The translations under genes and the position numbers were made by a program. From Rhodothermales bacterium (lineage in GTDB: Bacteria > Bacteroidota > Rhodothermia > Rhodothermales > VXPQ01): a stretch of DNA of 64,000 nt. Under the pieces are notes generated by a model that was not told where the DNA came from, did no database searches, and saw only the letters and a program-made list of their open reading frames with translations. The stretch is taken from contig JBBDTI010000013.1 in assembly GCA_040904565.1 (NCBI GenBank), positions 120,268-184,267 of the forward strand, in the 5' to 3' direction. Numbering within the stretch: the first letter of the stretch is position 1; every line of letters starts with the position of its first letter. This document shows, in pieces, positions 47,979 through 57,119 of this stretch.

Positions 47979-49184
47979 CTACTGTGGTGCGAGCCACGGT
48001 TCCGGATCGATGGGGACCCCTTCTTTGAAGAGGGCAAAGAACAGGGCCATGCCTTTCGGCTCGGCGTCCGTCCCGGCGCGACCGATGAGTTGCCCTGCCT
48101 GGACCTCGTCGCCCTCGGAGACGTAGGTCATCGAGAAATTGGAGTATACGCTCTTATACGTTCCGTGCTCGACGACGACGTAGGTACCGTATTCGGGCAA
48201 AATCGAAACGTCGATTATCTGGCCGTCGAAGATGGAGCGCACCTCGGCGGAGGCCTGGGTATCGATGATCATGCCGGGGTTGGGCGTGGTCGTACCGTAA
48301 ACAGGGTTTATGATATTGCCGAATCGCTCGCGGACGACGCCGCGAGCAGGCCAGGGAAGCGCCCCCTCGTTGTCGAGGAACGAGCCGGTCATTTCGACGA
48401 ACTCTGCCGCTGCTTCCGGATTGGACGCTTCGCGGACGCGCCGCCGTGACGACGCAGCCTCTGCCAGTTCACGGATTCTGTTCTCCAGCTCCTGCGCGGC
48501 TTCACGTTTAGTCTCGAGCGACTGCTGGATCGTCGAGCGTTCGTCGCGGAGCTGCGCGATCACTTCCTGACGACTCTCCTGCAGGCGCTGGAGGTTCTCT
48601 TGCTCACGCTGTTCTTCGCGCAGCAACTGCTCGTTGCGTGCGAGGACGGACTGCAGCTCGTCGCGCCGGGTTCGCAGCTGGGAGGCCGTCTGCTGGATCT
48701 CACTGAGCCGATCGCGGCGCTGGTCGGCAAATCGGTGCAGGTAGCGGACGCGAACGAGCATCTGATTGATTGAGCCGGCGGACAGGATCAAGGCGAGGTC
48801 GTGCATCCGGCCGTATTTGTACGCGTGGATCGCTCGAGAACGATACTGTCGTTTTAGCCCGTTCAGCTCTTCTTCGAGGCTGTTGAGCGCCGCGCGCAGC
48901 GTATCCATCTCGTGCGTGATCTGTCGGACGCGCCGCCCGTAGTTGCGGATGAGTTCCTGCCGAAGCGCAATTTGCCGGTCCAGGTTCTCGAGCGTCTCGA
49001 GGGAGGCTCTCTCAGCTTCCACCGTTTCCGACAGCAGCTGCTCGTCGGCCTCGATCTGAGCTTTGATCTCCTCGAGCCGCTCCTCCGTCCCCTGTCGACT
49101 GTCCGCATCCTGCCCGGCCGCGGGGTGGACGGACAGCACCACGAGCATCAGAACGGCTAGTGTACGGGCGGCCATCAGAATCAT
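47979..49184 (-). CDS. envC: Murein hydrolase activator EnvC (coiled coil plus degenerate M23)
   Basis: Signal peptide, long coiled coil, 'LPWPARG', LytM domain lacking Zn ligands (NPGMII, YSN, LFF). Confidence 0.85.
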   Translation of the reverse strand: MILMAARTLAVLMLVVLSVHPAAGQDADSRQGTEERLEEIKAQIEADEQLLSETVEAERASLETLENLDRQIALRQELIRNYGRRVRQITHEMDTLRAALNSLEEELNGLKRQYRSRAIHAYKYGRMHDLALILSAGSINQMLVRVRYLHRFADQRRDRLSEIQQTASQLRTRRDELQSVLARNEQLLREEQREQENLQRLQESRQEVIAQLRDERSTIQQSLETKREAAQELENRIRELAEAASSRRRVREASNPEAAAEFVEMTGSFLDNEGALPWPARGVVRERFGNIINPVYGTTTPNPGMIIDTQASAEVRSIFDGQIIDVSILPEYGTYVVVEHGTYKSVYSNFSMTYVSEGDEVQAGQLIGRAGTDAEPKGMALFFALFKEGVPIDPEPWLAPQ

Positions 49185-49969
49185 TCGCTAACGGATATTC
49201 GCTCGGTCGAGTCGCGCACGTCCAGTCTGAACCGCAACGTCTGCGGATTCAACGTGATGCTTCGATAGTAGATGGAAGCCCGGCTGCCTTCGAGGGGCTG
49301 CTCGAATTCGAGGCGCCTCGGCAGCACGACGCCACTAAAATCATCGAATTCGGAAAAGCGCCGTAGGTGGGTGACCTCGCCTGACGAGTTACGCTTTTCG
49401 TAGCGAACGACACGCCAGTGAGCCGGATCTATAACATACTCGGTGAGTCCTTCCGGATCACGCAGATAGTAGAACGCATCGTCTGCATCAACCGACCAGC
49501 TCTCGTCTGATGCCGGTGCCTGCAGGCCCAGGAGGCTCCCGAAAAGATCCTCCGACGTAAACGGTTCCGGAAGGATTCCGGATGTATCCGAGAGTGCTCC
49601 AAAGAGCAGCCGGTTCTTGATGCGGTCGTAGAAGAAAAAGCTGTCCGGCGTGACGAGGGCACGCGCCGCCTCGATGCCGAGACCTGGACTGATGCTTACG
49701 AAGAGCGAGTCGCCCCGGCGGTCACGAATGTCAGCGGAAAACGATCCACCTCCGTCGGGTGTCTGATAGGCGAGGCTCGAGCGGGCCCGAAACGATGTCA
49801 GCGAATCGCTGGATGAGGTGAGCAGCGATCGGATCTGGTACACCGTGTGATGGGGGAAGGCGGACGGCATCTCGCGTTCCAGGGCGGGACGCGGACCCGA
49901 ACAACCGGCGAAGAGGATCACGCCTGCCAGGGAGCATACAGCGAGAAGACGTTTTTTATCGGCGGCCAT
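49181..49969 (-). CDS. DUF4292-like lipoprotein
   Basis: Lipobox 'FAG-C'; 'DSLFVSI...LGIEAARALVTPDS..FYDRI'; lies between the TPR gene and envC. Confidence 0.82.
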   Translation of the reverse strand: MAADKKRLLAVCSLAGVILFAGCSGPRPALEREMPSAFPHHTVYQIRSLLTSSSDSLTSFRARSSLAYQTPDGGGSFSADIRDRRGDSLFVSISPGLGIEAARALVTPDSFFFYDRIKNRLLFGALSDTSGILPEPFTSEDLFGSLLGLQAPASDESWSVDADDAFYYLRDPEGLTEYVIDPAHWRVVRYEKRNSSGEVTHLRRFSEFDDFSGVVLPRRLEFEQPLEGSRASIYYRSITLNPQTLRFRLDVRDSTERISVSE

Positions 49970-49991
49970 CAGCCCGGGAGGTTCACAGAGG

Positions 49992-51779
49992 TTATTCCTT
50001 TCCAAGTCGCTCGTTCGGACGCTCACTTTCCGGATTCAGTTGCAACGATCGTTCCCAAGCGTCTCCGGCGTCCGCAGGCCGACCGAGTGCCTCATATACG
50101 TACCGCAGATGCTCGAACACGGCAGACGACGCATCGGGATGTGCCGCCGCCTCCAGCAGGTACCCGAGCGCATCTTCATACCGTTCCAGACGAAAAAGGA
50201 CCCAGCCAAACGTGTCCAGGTACGACGGCTCGTCGGGGTTCATGTCGACGGCCCGCCGGGCGAGATCGAGGGCCCTGTCCAGTTGCCGGTCGCCCTGTGC
50301 CAGACGATAGGCGTAGTGGTTAATGGCCGCCGCATTGTCCGGATTCGCTTCGATGGCCTGTTCGAAGTAGCGGTCGGACTGCTCGAGGCTGCCGATCCGG
50401 GAGTATAGCAACCCGAGTGCCGCATAGTATTCCGTTAGCTTCGGACTGAATTCGGGTGCTTCATCCTGAACCAGGCGGATCGCTTCTTCGAATCGGTCGA
50501 TGGCCGCGTCGTTCTCGTGGGCGTGCATCCGAGCGTGTCCGCCTGTGTCGAGCAAGGGGATCGATCCTGGAAACAACAGCAGTCCTTCGTCCGCTACGCG
50601 CGCAGCCCGATCGTATGCCCGAGCCTGCAAAAAGGCGTCGGCCGTCCGCTCCCAGACGTCCGGATTGCGCGGATTTGCATCGAGAGCTCGATACAGATAA
50701 TCTCCTGCATCCTCGTAGGATCCCGCGTCGAAGTATAGATTCCCGAGCATGCGAAGCGCCTGCTCGTTCCTCGGATTGACATCCAGCACCCGGTTGAGCA
50801 GCTGGATGGCCGTCGCACGCGTTTCGGCATCGGCTTTCGAGCGGGCATACAGCGTCTCGGCGCGGGACAGCAGCTGGGACGGCTCGGTGGACTGGACGTC
50901 GGCGATGCGCTGCATGACCGCATCCGCATCTTCGTCCCGATCCAGATCGCGGTAGACTTCCGCCAGATTCAGCATGCTCTGAATATCACCGGGGTTCCAC
51001 TCCAGCGATTCGAGCAGTTCGTCGACGGCTTTTTCACGTCGGTCCTGTTTGACGAAGACCTCGGCCAGCATGCGGTGAAGTTGCGGGTCGCTCGGCTGCT
51101 GCTCGAGCATGGAATCCAGCATCCGCTCCATCCCCTCGAAGTCTTCCAGACGGGCATACAGATGGAGGACCTGATTCTGTATGTCTCGATCCGTTCCGAG
51201 AACGTCGAGCAATCGCTCGTACGCCGTCAGTGCCTGCTCGAGCTCACCGCTCCGCATGTGCACACGCGCGAGATCATGCAGGGCATCGGTGTGATGAGGA
51301 TGGGCATCCAGTATTTCGTTGTATATGCGCGCGGCTTCATTCGAGGCATCCCGCGAGCGGTGGAGCTCGGCGAGCTGGAGCGCATAGTGGACGTTCCCCG
51401 GATCCGCCTTTCGTGCCTCGCGAAGCGCGTAGAGCGCAGCAGAATCATCGCCTATCGCGGCGTGGGACTCGGCAACGGCGGCGAGGATGGCAGCGGTATT
51501 CGGAGTGAGCTGCAAGGCACGGGCGTACAGGTTTAGCGCTTCCTCGTGATGGCCGAGGCGCGCCTCGGTCATTCCGCGCAGGAAGAGCTGCTGGGATCGC
51601 GATGATCTAGATTGTGATTCGTCGGCCGAGGATCTGTTGGCCGTCCGCAGATCAGAAGAAATCTCGGGGCGGGTGGACGTGGAGGTGGACGTGGCGCATC
51701 CGGCGCAGACGATGGACAGGATGACGGCGACGTGCACGGCACCTCGCAGCATCCACTGTGTCGTTCGACCGTCGCGCAT
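49992..51779 (-). CDS. Tetratricopeptide-repeat lipoprotein
   Basis: Lipobox 'CAG-C', many TPRs, terminal 'A.N.YAY.LA...YLDT.GW'. Start uncertain. Confidence 0.88.
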   Translation of the reverse strand: MRDGRTTQWMLRGAVHVAVILSIVCAGCATSTSTSTRPEISSDLRTANRSSADESQSRSSRSQQLFLRGMTEARLGHHEEALNLYARALQLTPNTAAILAAVAESHAAIGDDSAALYALREARKADPGNVHYALQLAELHRSRDASNEAARIYNEILDAHPHHTDALHDLARVHMRSGELEQALTAYERLLDVLGTDRDIQNQVLHLYARLEDFEGMERMLDSMLEQQPSDPQLHRMLAEVFVKQDRREKAVDELLESLEWNPGDIQSMLNLAEVYRDLDRDEDADAVMQRIADVQSTEPSQLLSRAETLYARSKADAETRATAIQLLNRVLDVNPRNEQALRMLGNLYFDAGSYEDAGDYLYRALDANPRNPDVWERTADAFLQARAYDRAARVADEGLLLFPGSIPLLDTGGHARMHAHENDAAIDRFEEAIRLVQDEAPEFSPKLTEYYAALGLLYSRIGSLEQSDRYFEQAIEANPDNAAAINHYAYRLAQGDRQLDRALDLARRAVDMNPDEPSYLDTFGWVLFRLERYEDALGYLLEAAAHPDASSAVFEHLRYVYEALGRPADAGDAWERSLQLNPESERPNERLGKE

Positions 51780-52058
51780 CGGAATGAGAATGGGGTTCCT
51801 GGTGCAGCCGTGGAGAAAACGAGATGTACAATTAGAGGTTTCCTCCAGTATCGTGGGTCGTTCCGTCGCGCCCAGACCGACCGGCCATGGGCCGCGGGTG
51901 CCGGGAGGACGGTCTGATCCCGTTTCAGGACCGGATCGAAAGGGAACGCGCACCTGGTCGCCGGGATTAGACGGCGTACCGCTTTCGGTGTATCTCCACG
52001 CGGGCATTTCGTATAGCGCTTCGCTTTCGCACGGTAGAAGCTTCCAGCATCGACGCAT

Positions 52059-54038
52059 ATGGGTCAACATGACGTTTCTCAGGGGCGAGATGAGGCTTCG
52101 TTGCGTCGATTTACGCGGCAGCTGATTCAGGACGTCCGAGCGCTAGAGTATCTGCTCCGTGAGGACATGTTCGAGTCCGGCGTCCGCCGTATCGGTGCCG
52201 AGCAGGAGCTCTTCATGATCGACGACCGCTGGCAGCCGGCGCACGTAATTGAACAGGTTCTCGCCGAGAATACGGACGAGCGCGTCGTCTCGGAGTTGAT
52301 GAAGTTCAATCTGGAGTTCAACCTCAATCCGGAGTTATTCCAGGGGCGCTGCCTGAGAAACATAGAAGAATCCATCGACGAAATGATGGAGTACGTTCGC
52401 GAGCTCGTCGGCAAAGTCGGCGCCCGTGCGCTGATGGCCGGTATCCTCCCAACCATTTCGTTGACGGATCTCGAGCTGGGCAACATGACTCCGTCGCCGC
52501 GCTACCATGCGCTGAACGAGGCCATTTCACGGCTCCGCGGCGGACCGGCCGAACTACAGATTCGCGGAACGGACGAACTATATATCAAGCACGACAGCAT
52601 TACCCTCGAGGGGTGCAACACGAGCTTTCAAACGCACTTTCAGGTGCACCCGGACGAGTTTCCCAGCCTGTATAACATCGCGCAGACGGTGGCTGGACCC
52701 GTGCTGGCCGCGGCGACGAATTCGCCGACCCTTTTCGGTAAGCGCCTGTGGCGGGAGACTCGGATAGCTCTCTTCCAGCAGGCCGTCGACACGCGTAGCT
52801 CGAACCTGTACCTCCGCGAGATGAGCCCGCGCGTTCATTTCGGTACGAAGTGGGTGGATGAGTCCGTCATGGAGATCTTCAAGGAAGATATCTCTCGATT
52901 TCGGGTTCTTCTTACATCGGGGGAGATAGAGGATCCGTTCGAAGCCATCGAGGCAGGACGTGCGCCCAAGCTGCAGGCCCTTCAGCTCCACAACGGCACG
53001 GTGTACAGGTGGAATCGTGCCTGTTATGGTATAACGGACGGTAAACCGCACCTTCGAATCGAAAACCGAATTCTTCCGTCCGGCCCGACATCGATCGACG
53101 AGGTCGCCAACGCGGCATTCTGGTTCGGCCTGGTAAGCGGCCTTGCGCACGAGCACCCGGACGTGCGGCGGGTGATGGAGTTTGACGATGCGAAGAGCAA
53201 TTTCCTGGCCGCTGCCCGGCACGGACTGGCCTCGCAGTTGACGTGGTTCAAGGGATACAGTGTGCCGGCTCACGAACTGATCTGCGACGAACTCTTGCCG
53301 CTCGCCGCGGAAGGACTGCGGGCATCCGGTATCGACGCGGACGACGTCGACAGATACCTCGGCGTGATCGAAGATCGGGTCATGACGCGCCGAACGGGAT
53401 CGCAGTGGCAGCTCGAATCACTGAACGCCATGAAAGGGGAAGGCACGCGGGCGGAACGTCTAAGCGCCGTCGTCGCGGCGACGCTGGATCGTCAGCGAAT
53501 CGGAGACCCCGTACATACGTGGCCGTTGGCCCGCCTTCAGGAAGGCCTTTTGGCCCGTCGACTCGAGAAGACGCGCGTCGAGCAGTATATGAGCACGGAC
53601 CTCGTCACGGTCAACGAGGAGGAGCTCGTAGATCTCGTGGCCTGCCTGATGGACTGGCAGCGGATTCGGCACGTCCTCGTCGAGGATCACGAGCATCGTC
53701 TGGTCGGCTTGATCACGCACCGGAATCTGCTCCGTTTTCTGGCGGATCGAAGCGGATCGGAGACGCTCGAAGGAGGTCTCGCAGTTAAAGAGATCATGAT
53801 TCGCGATCCCATCACGGTCTCGCCCGAGACCTCGACGATGGATGCCATACGTAAGATGCGCAGTTACAAAATCGGATCACTGCCCGTGGTCCGTGAAGGC
53901 CGGCTCATCGGCATTATAACCGAAAAAGACTTCATCCACATAGCCGGTCAGATGCTCGACGACAGCTTGGGCGAAGAAGGAGATCCGGTCGACGAGGTGA
54001 TCGCGGGTCCCGGCTCGCGGGGAACGGAGGATGCATGA
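52059..54038 (+). CDS. Glutamate--cysteine ligase (GCS2)-like domain fused to a CBS pair
   Basis: 'IGAEQEL', 'FNLEFN', 'TSFQTHFQV', 'NSP.LFGK.LW.ETRI', 'YRWNR', 'HLRIENR'; two C-terminal CBS domains. Confidence 0.88.
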   Translation: MGQHDVSQGRDEASLRRFTRQLIQDVRALEYLLREDMFESGVRRIGAEQELFMIDDRWQPAHVIEQVLAENTDERVVSELMKFNLEFNLNPELFQGRCLRNIEESIDEMMEYVRELVGKVGARALMAGILPTISLTDLELGNMTPSPRYHALNEAISRLRGGPAELQIRGTDELYIKHDSITLEGCNTSFQTHFQVHPDEFPSLYNIAQTVAGPVLAAATNSPTLFGKRLWRETRIALFQQAVDTRSSNLYLREMSPRVHFGTKWVDESVMEIFKEDISRFRVLLTSGEIEDPFEAIEAGRAPKLQALQLHNGTVYRWNRACYGITDGKPHLRIENRILPSGPTSIDEVANAAFWFGLVSGLAHEHPDVRRVMEFDDAKSNFLAAARHGLASQLTWFKGYSVPAHELICDELLPLAAEGLRASGIDADDVDRYLGVIEDRVMTRRTGSQWQLESLNAMKGEGTRAERLSAVVAATLDRQRIGDPVHTWPLARLQEGLLARRLEKTRVEQYMSTDLVTVNEEELVDLVACLMDWQRIRHVLVEDHEHRLVGLITHRNLLRFLADRSGSETLEGGLAVKEIMIRDPITVSPETSTMDAIRKMRSYKIGSLPVVREGRLIGIITEKDFIHIAGQMLDDSLGEEGDPVDEVIAGPGSRGTEDA

Positions 54039-54041
54039 GCG

Positions 54042-54431
54042 TCAGTCGGCAAGGTCCCCATCTTCGGCCTCCTCGGCCGTCTCGTCCAGTTCACTGAGCA
54101 GGGCTTCGAAGTCTTCCTCAGGATCGCGAGCGGGGCGTACCTTCGGACCGGTTTCGGGCTGGAGCGAAGGGACGAGTTCGTACACCTCACCCAGGTAATG
54201 TTCGCGGATCTTGCGCACGGCACCCTCCTTTACGAGCTGACGGGCTACCTGGTAGGAACACATCTCATAGCCTTTCTCATTCGAGTGAAAGTTGGCTGTT
54301 TTCCGTTCCGTGCCTATGATGAGCACATAGCCGCGGCTCAATTTGTTTTTGGCATGATTCAGCCACTTGTCCTTGGACACCGTAGGCCCTATCCGCCGCT
54401 CTTGCTGATCACGCTCGCTTGCTGGTTCCAT
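54042..54431 (-). CDS. Hypothetical protein with acidic tail
   Basis: Protein-like 129-aa ORF from ATG 54431; basic core and D/E-rich C-terminus. Confidence 0.7.
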   Translation of the reverse strand: MEPASERDQQERRIGPTVSKDKWLNHAKNKLSRGYVLIIGTERKTANFHSNEKGYEMCSYQVARQLVKEGAVRKIREHYLGEVYELVPSLQPETGPKVRPARDPEEDFEALLSELDETAEEAEDGDLAD

Positions 54432-54717
54432 CGGTGATGCGAGATGCTGGGAGGTTGGAGATTCGGTGAAATGCGGCGTCAACACCTCTTCGTTCTTCCG
54501 GTTCCACGCTGGGCGGTGCGTCCTGTAAAAATCGATTGCCGCCTCGGTTCGCGACACGTTCGCTGCACGGAGCCGCGGGTGCAGCGGGAGCCGCGGGGAG
54601 ATGCCAGGCAGCGCGGTTCTTCGCACGTTATTTCGTGTAAATGGCTGGATTCGTCGCCATGTTATAAGAATGATGTAACGGGTTGATTATCTAAACAGGC
54701 ACAAACGACACTCCACG

Positions 54718-55812
54718 ATGGATCAGATGGTCGCTGATATGTTCGGACGCGAATTCCTCGGCGTAGCCGTGCAGGCATGGCTCATTCTGCTTGTGCTATG
54801 GGCCGGAATCACCGTGGTTCTTGCGTCGGCCCGCAAGTTTCTGATCTGGCGCGTTGGCAAGCTGGTGCGCCGTACGAAGACGACGCTCGATGACGTCGTG
54901 CTCTCGCTGCTGAAGCAAACGAAGCTCTATTTCCTTCTCGCGCTATCCATTTTCCTGGCCGTGCGCATCGCACCGGTGACGGACCAGATGTCCGTCTACA
55001 TTTCGAGGGTGGCGTATGTGGTGCTGCTCATACAGGTCATCGCGTGGGGCAATCAGCTGATAACGGACTGGATAGACCGGTACAAGGAGAGACGGCTCGA
55101 AGAGGACGCCGCCGCCGTCACCTCGATGCAGGCTGTCGGATTCGTCATTCGCCTGGCGCTCTACTCGATCATCTTTCTTATCGCCCTCGATAATTTCGGC
55201 GTCGACGTAACGACGCTGATCGCAGGCCTCGGCGTAGGCGGCATCGCCGTGGCGCTGGCCCTTCAGAACATTCTTGGCGACCTGTTTGCTTCGCTGAGCA
55301 TCGTGCTCGATAAGCCGTTTGTCGTCGGTGACTTCCTGATCATCGGCGATTTTCTTGGGACCGTCGAGGATGTCGGTCTCAAGACGACTCGGCTCCGGAG
55401 TCTTTCCGGCGAGCAGCTCGTTTTTTCGAACACGGATCTACTGAACAGCCGAATCCGCAATTTTAAGCGGATGTACGAGCGGCGTATCGTGTTTTCCTTC
55501 GGGGTGACGTACGACACACCGTACGAAGTACTAACGGACATCCCCGACACGGTAAAAAAGATGGTCGAATCACAGGAAAATACGCGTTTCGATCGGGCTC
55601 ATTTCAAAGAATACGGTGACTTCTCGCTCAATTTCGAAGTCGTTTACTTCGTGCTGGTCCCCGACTACAATGTGTATATGGATGTACAGCAGGCGATAAA
55701 TCTGGCCCTGTATAAGGACTTCGACGAAAAGGGCATCGACTTCGCCTTTCCGACGCAGACGATACACGTCTCGCAGCTGGATGCTGATTCGAACGAACGG
55801 TTCGACACCTGA
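54718..55812 (+). CDS. Mechanosensitive ion channel, MscS family
   Basis: 'AGLGVGGIAVALALQ', 'DKPF.VGD', 'G.VEDVGLKTTR', 'FAFPTQT'. Confidence 0.95.
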   Translation: MDQMVADMFGREFLGVAVQAWLILLVLWAGITVVLASARKFLIWRVGKLVRRTKTTLDDVVLSLLKQTKLYFLLALSIFLAVRIAPVTDQMSVYISRVAYVVLLIQVIAWGNQLITDWIDRYKERRLEEDAAAVTSMQAVGFVIRLALYSIIFLIALDNFGVDVTTLIAGLGVGGIAVALALQNILGDLFASLSIVLDKPFVVGDFLIIGDFLGTVEDVGLKTTRLRSLSGEQLVFSNTDLLNSRIRNFKRMYERRIVFSFGVTYDTPYEVLTDIPDTVKKMVESQENTRFDRAHFKEYGDFSLNFEVVYFVLVPDYNVYMDVQQAINLALYKDFDEKGIDFAFPTQTIHVSQLDADSNERFDT

Positions 55813-57113
55813 TGGACAGGTCAGCACATCGATGGAAGACGGTGCTGCACCGTTGGAGCCTGCTGCTGCTGGCGCTTCCGATTGCGGCTCCCGTAGCCGG
55901 GCAGGATGCAGGCAGGGCCGCATCCCTGCGTGCGGAGCGGCTGGTGAAGGCGGCCGATCTTCGTCCATCGGAATCACCGGGCAGATTGGAACGGCTGTTC
56001 GGGCGTGCCGAGCGTCGCGTCGTAGGCGGAGGCGGGCCGACGGGCATCTTCGGGTTCAGCCCGATCGCGGGCGGATTGAAGCCGGGGGCCGGCCTTTCGG
56101 GGGGCGTTCGTTTTGCGCCGTTCTCGCCGGATCGTGGACTGCTCGTCGAGGCGGATGCCGTAGCCGGCACGCGAAGGTACTGGAGTGTCAGTGGACGCGC
56201 GGGGTATCGCACCGCACGGCACGCCGTGCTCGGATATGCCCGACACTGGCATCTGGCCGGGGAACGCTTCTACGGACGCGGTCCGAACTCGAATCGGGAC
56301 GACCGATCCGAGTATCGGCTGGACGAGTCGGTAGCGGGAAGCCTCTTCCATCTCTCCATCGGCGCCGGGTTTCAGGTAGGAGGAAGAGCTGCCTACCAGG
56401 TCGCTCGGCCGGGGCCGGGCCGTGATGCTGACGTTCCCGATGCGGTCGATACGTTTTCGGGAGAGGTCCCGTCGCTTCTGGCCGACTCTAGGCACGTCGC
56501 CGCCGGTGGATGGATCGCCATTGACCGACGCGATCCCGGCCTGGGATCGGACGGGATGCATGCCTCGCTACAGGCACTCACTCCGACCGAGATGGACATT
56601 TCAGGAATGCCCCTTGCGACGGATCGAGGCGTCTATGCAAAGGTCGAGCTCACCCACTACGTCGGAGTCGGCGGCACCCCGTACGACCTTTCACGACTCG
56701 TGGCGCAGAGTCAGCAGTACGTACCCTTTAGACGGGGCAGGAATGTGTTCGCCTTTCGGGAGTATCTGGCGTTGACCGGTGCGGATGCGGAGCACGTTCC
56801 GATATTCATGATGCCGACACTGGGAGGAGCGTACACGCTGCGCGGATACGAGCTTTTCCGGTTCAGCGATCGGAGTGCCTTTCTTTTTAACGCCGAGTAT
56901 CGGTGGCAGATCTGGCATCTCCTCGATATGGCGTTATTCCTGGATGCCGGGCAGGTGTTTTCCGAAGCACGCGATCTGTCCTTTGGACACCTGCACGTAT
57001 CGTACGGTGTCGGCATCCGATTAAGGGCGTTCGATCGCGGTATCGGACGGATCGACCTGGGACGAAGTGAGGAAGGTACGCAGATTCACGTTCGTCTCGG
57101 TACGACCTTCTAA
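55812..57113 (+). CDS. Omp85 (BamA/TamA-like) beta-barrel without POTRA domains
   Basis: Signal peptide, amphipathic strands, loop-6 motif 'LGG..TLRGY..FRF', 'NAEYR', 'F.DAG.V', 'YGVGIR', terminal Phe. Confidence 0.85.
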   Translation: MDRSAHRWKTVLHRWSLLLLALPIAAPVAGQDAGRAASLRAERLVKAADLRPSESPGRLERLFGRAERRVVGGGGPTGIFGFSPIAGGLKPGAGLSGGVRFAPFSPDRGLLVEADAVAGTRRYWSVSGRAGYRTARHAVLGYARHWHLAGERFYGRGPNSNRDDRSEYRLDESVAGSLFHLSIGAGFQVGGRAAYQVARPGPGRDADVPDAVDTFSGEVPSLLADSRHVAAGGWIAIDRRDPGLGSDGMHASLQALTPTEMDISGMPLATDRGVYAKVELTHYVGVGGTPYDLSRLVAQSQQYVPFRRGRNVFAFREYLALTGADAEHVPIFMMPTLGGAYTLRGYELFRFSDRSAFLFNAEYRWQIWHLLDMALFLDAGQVFSEARDLSFGHLHVSYGVGIRLRAFDRGIGRIDLGRSEEGTQIHVRLGTTF

Positions 57114-57119
57114 CACGGT

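Noticed and set aside
47979-48400. M23 domain lacking Zn ligands as a novel pseudoenzyme
   Set aside because: This is the known degenerate LytM domain of EnvC.
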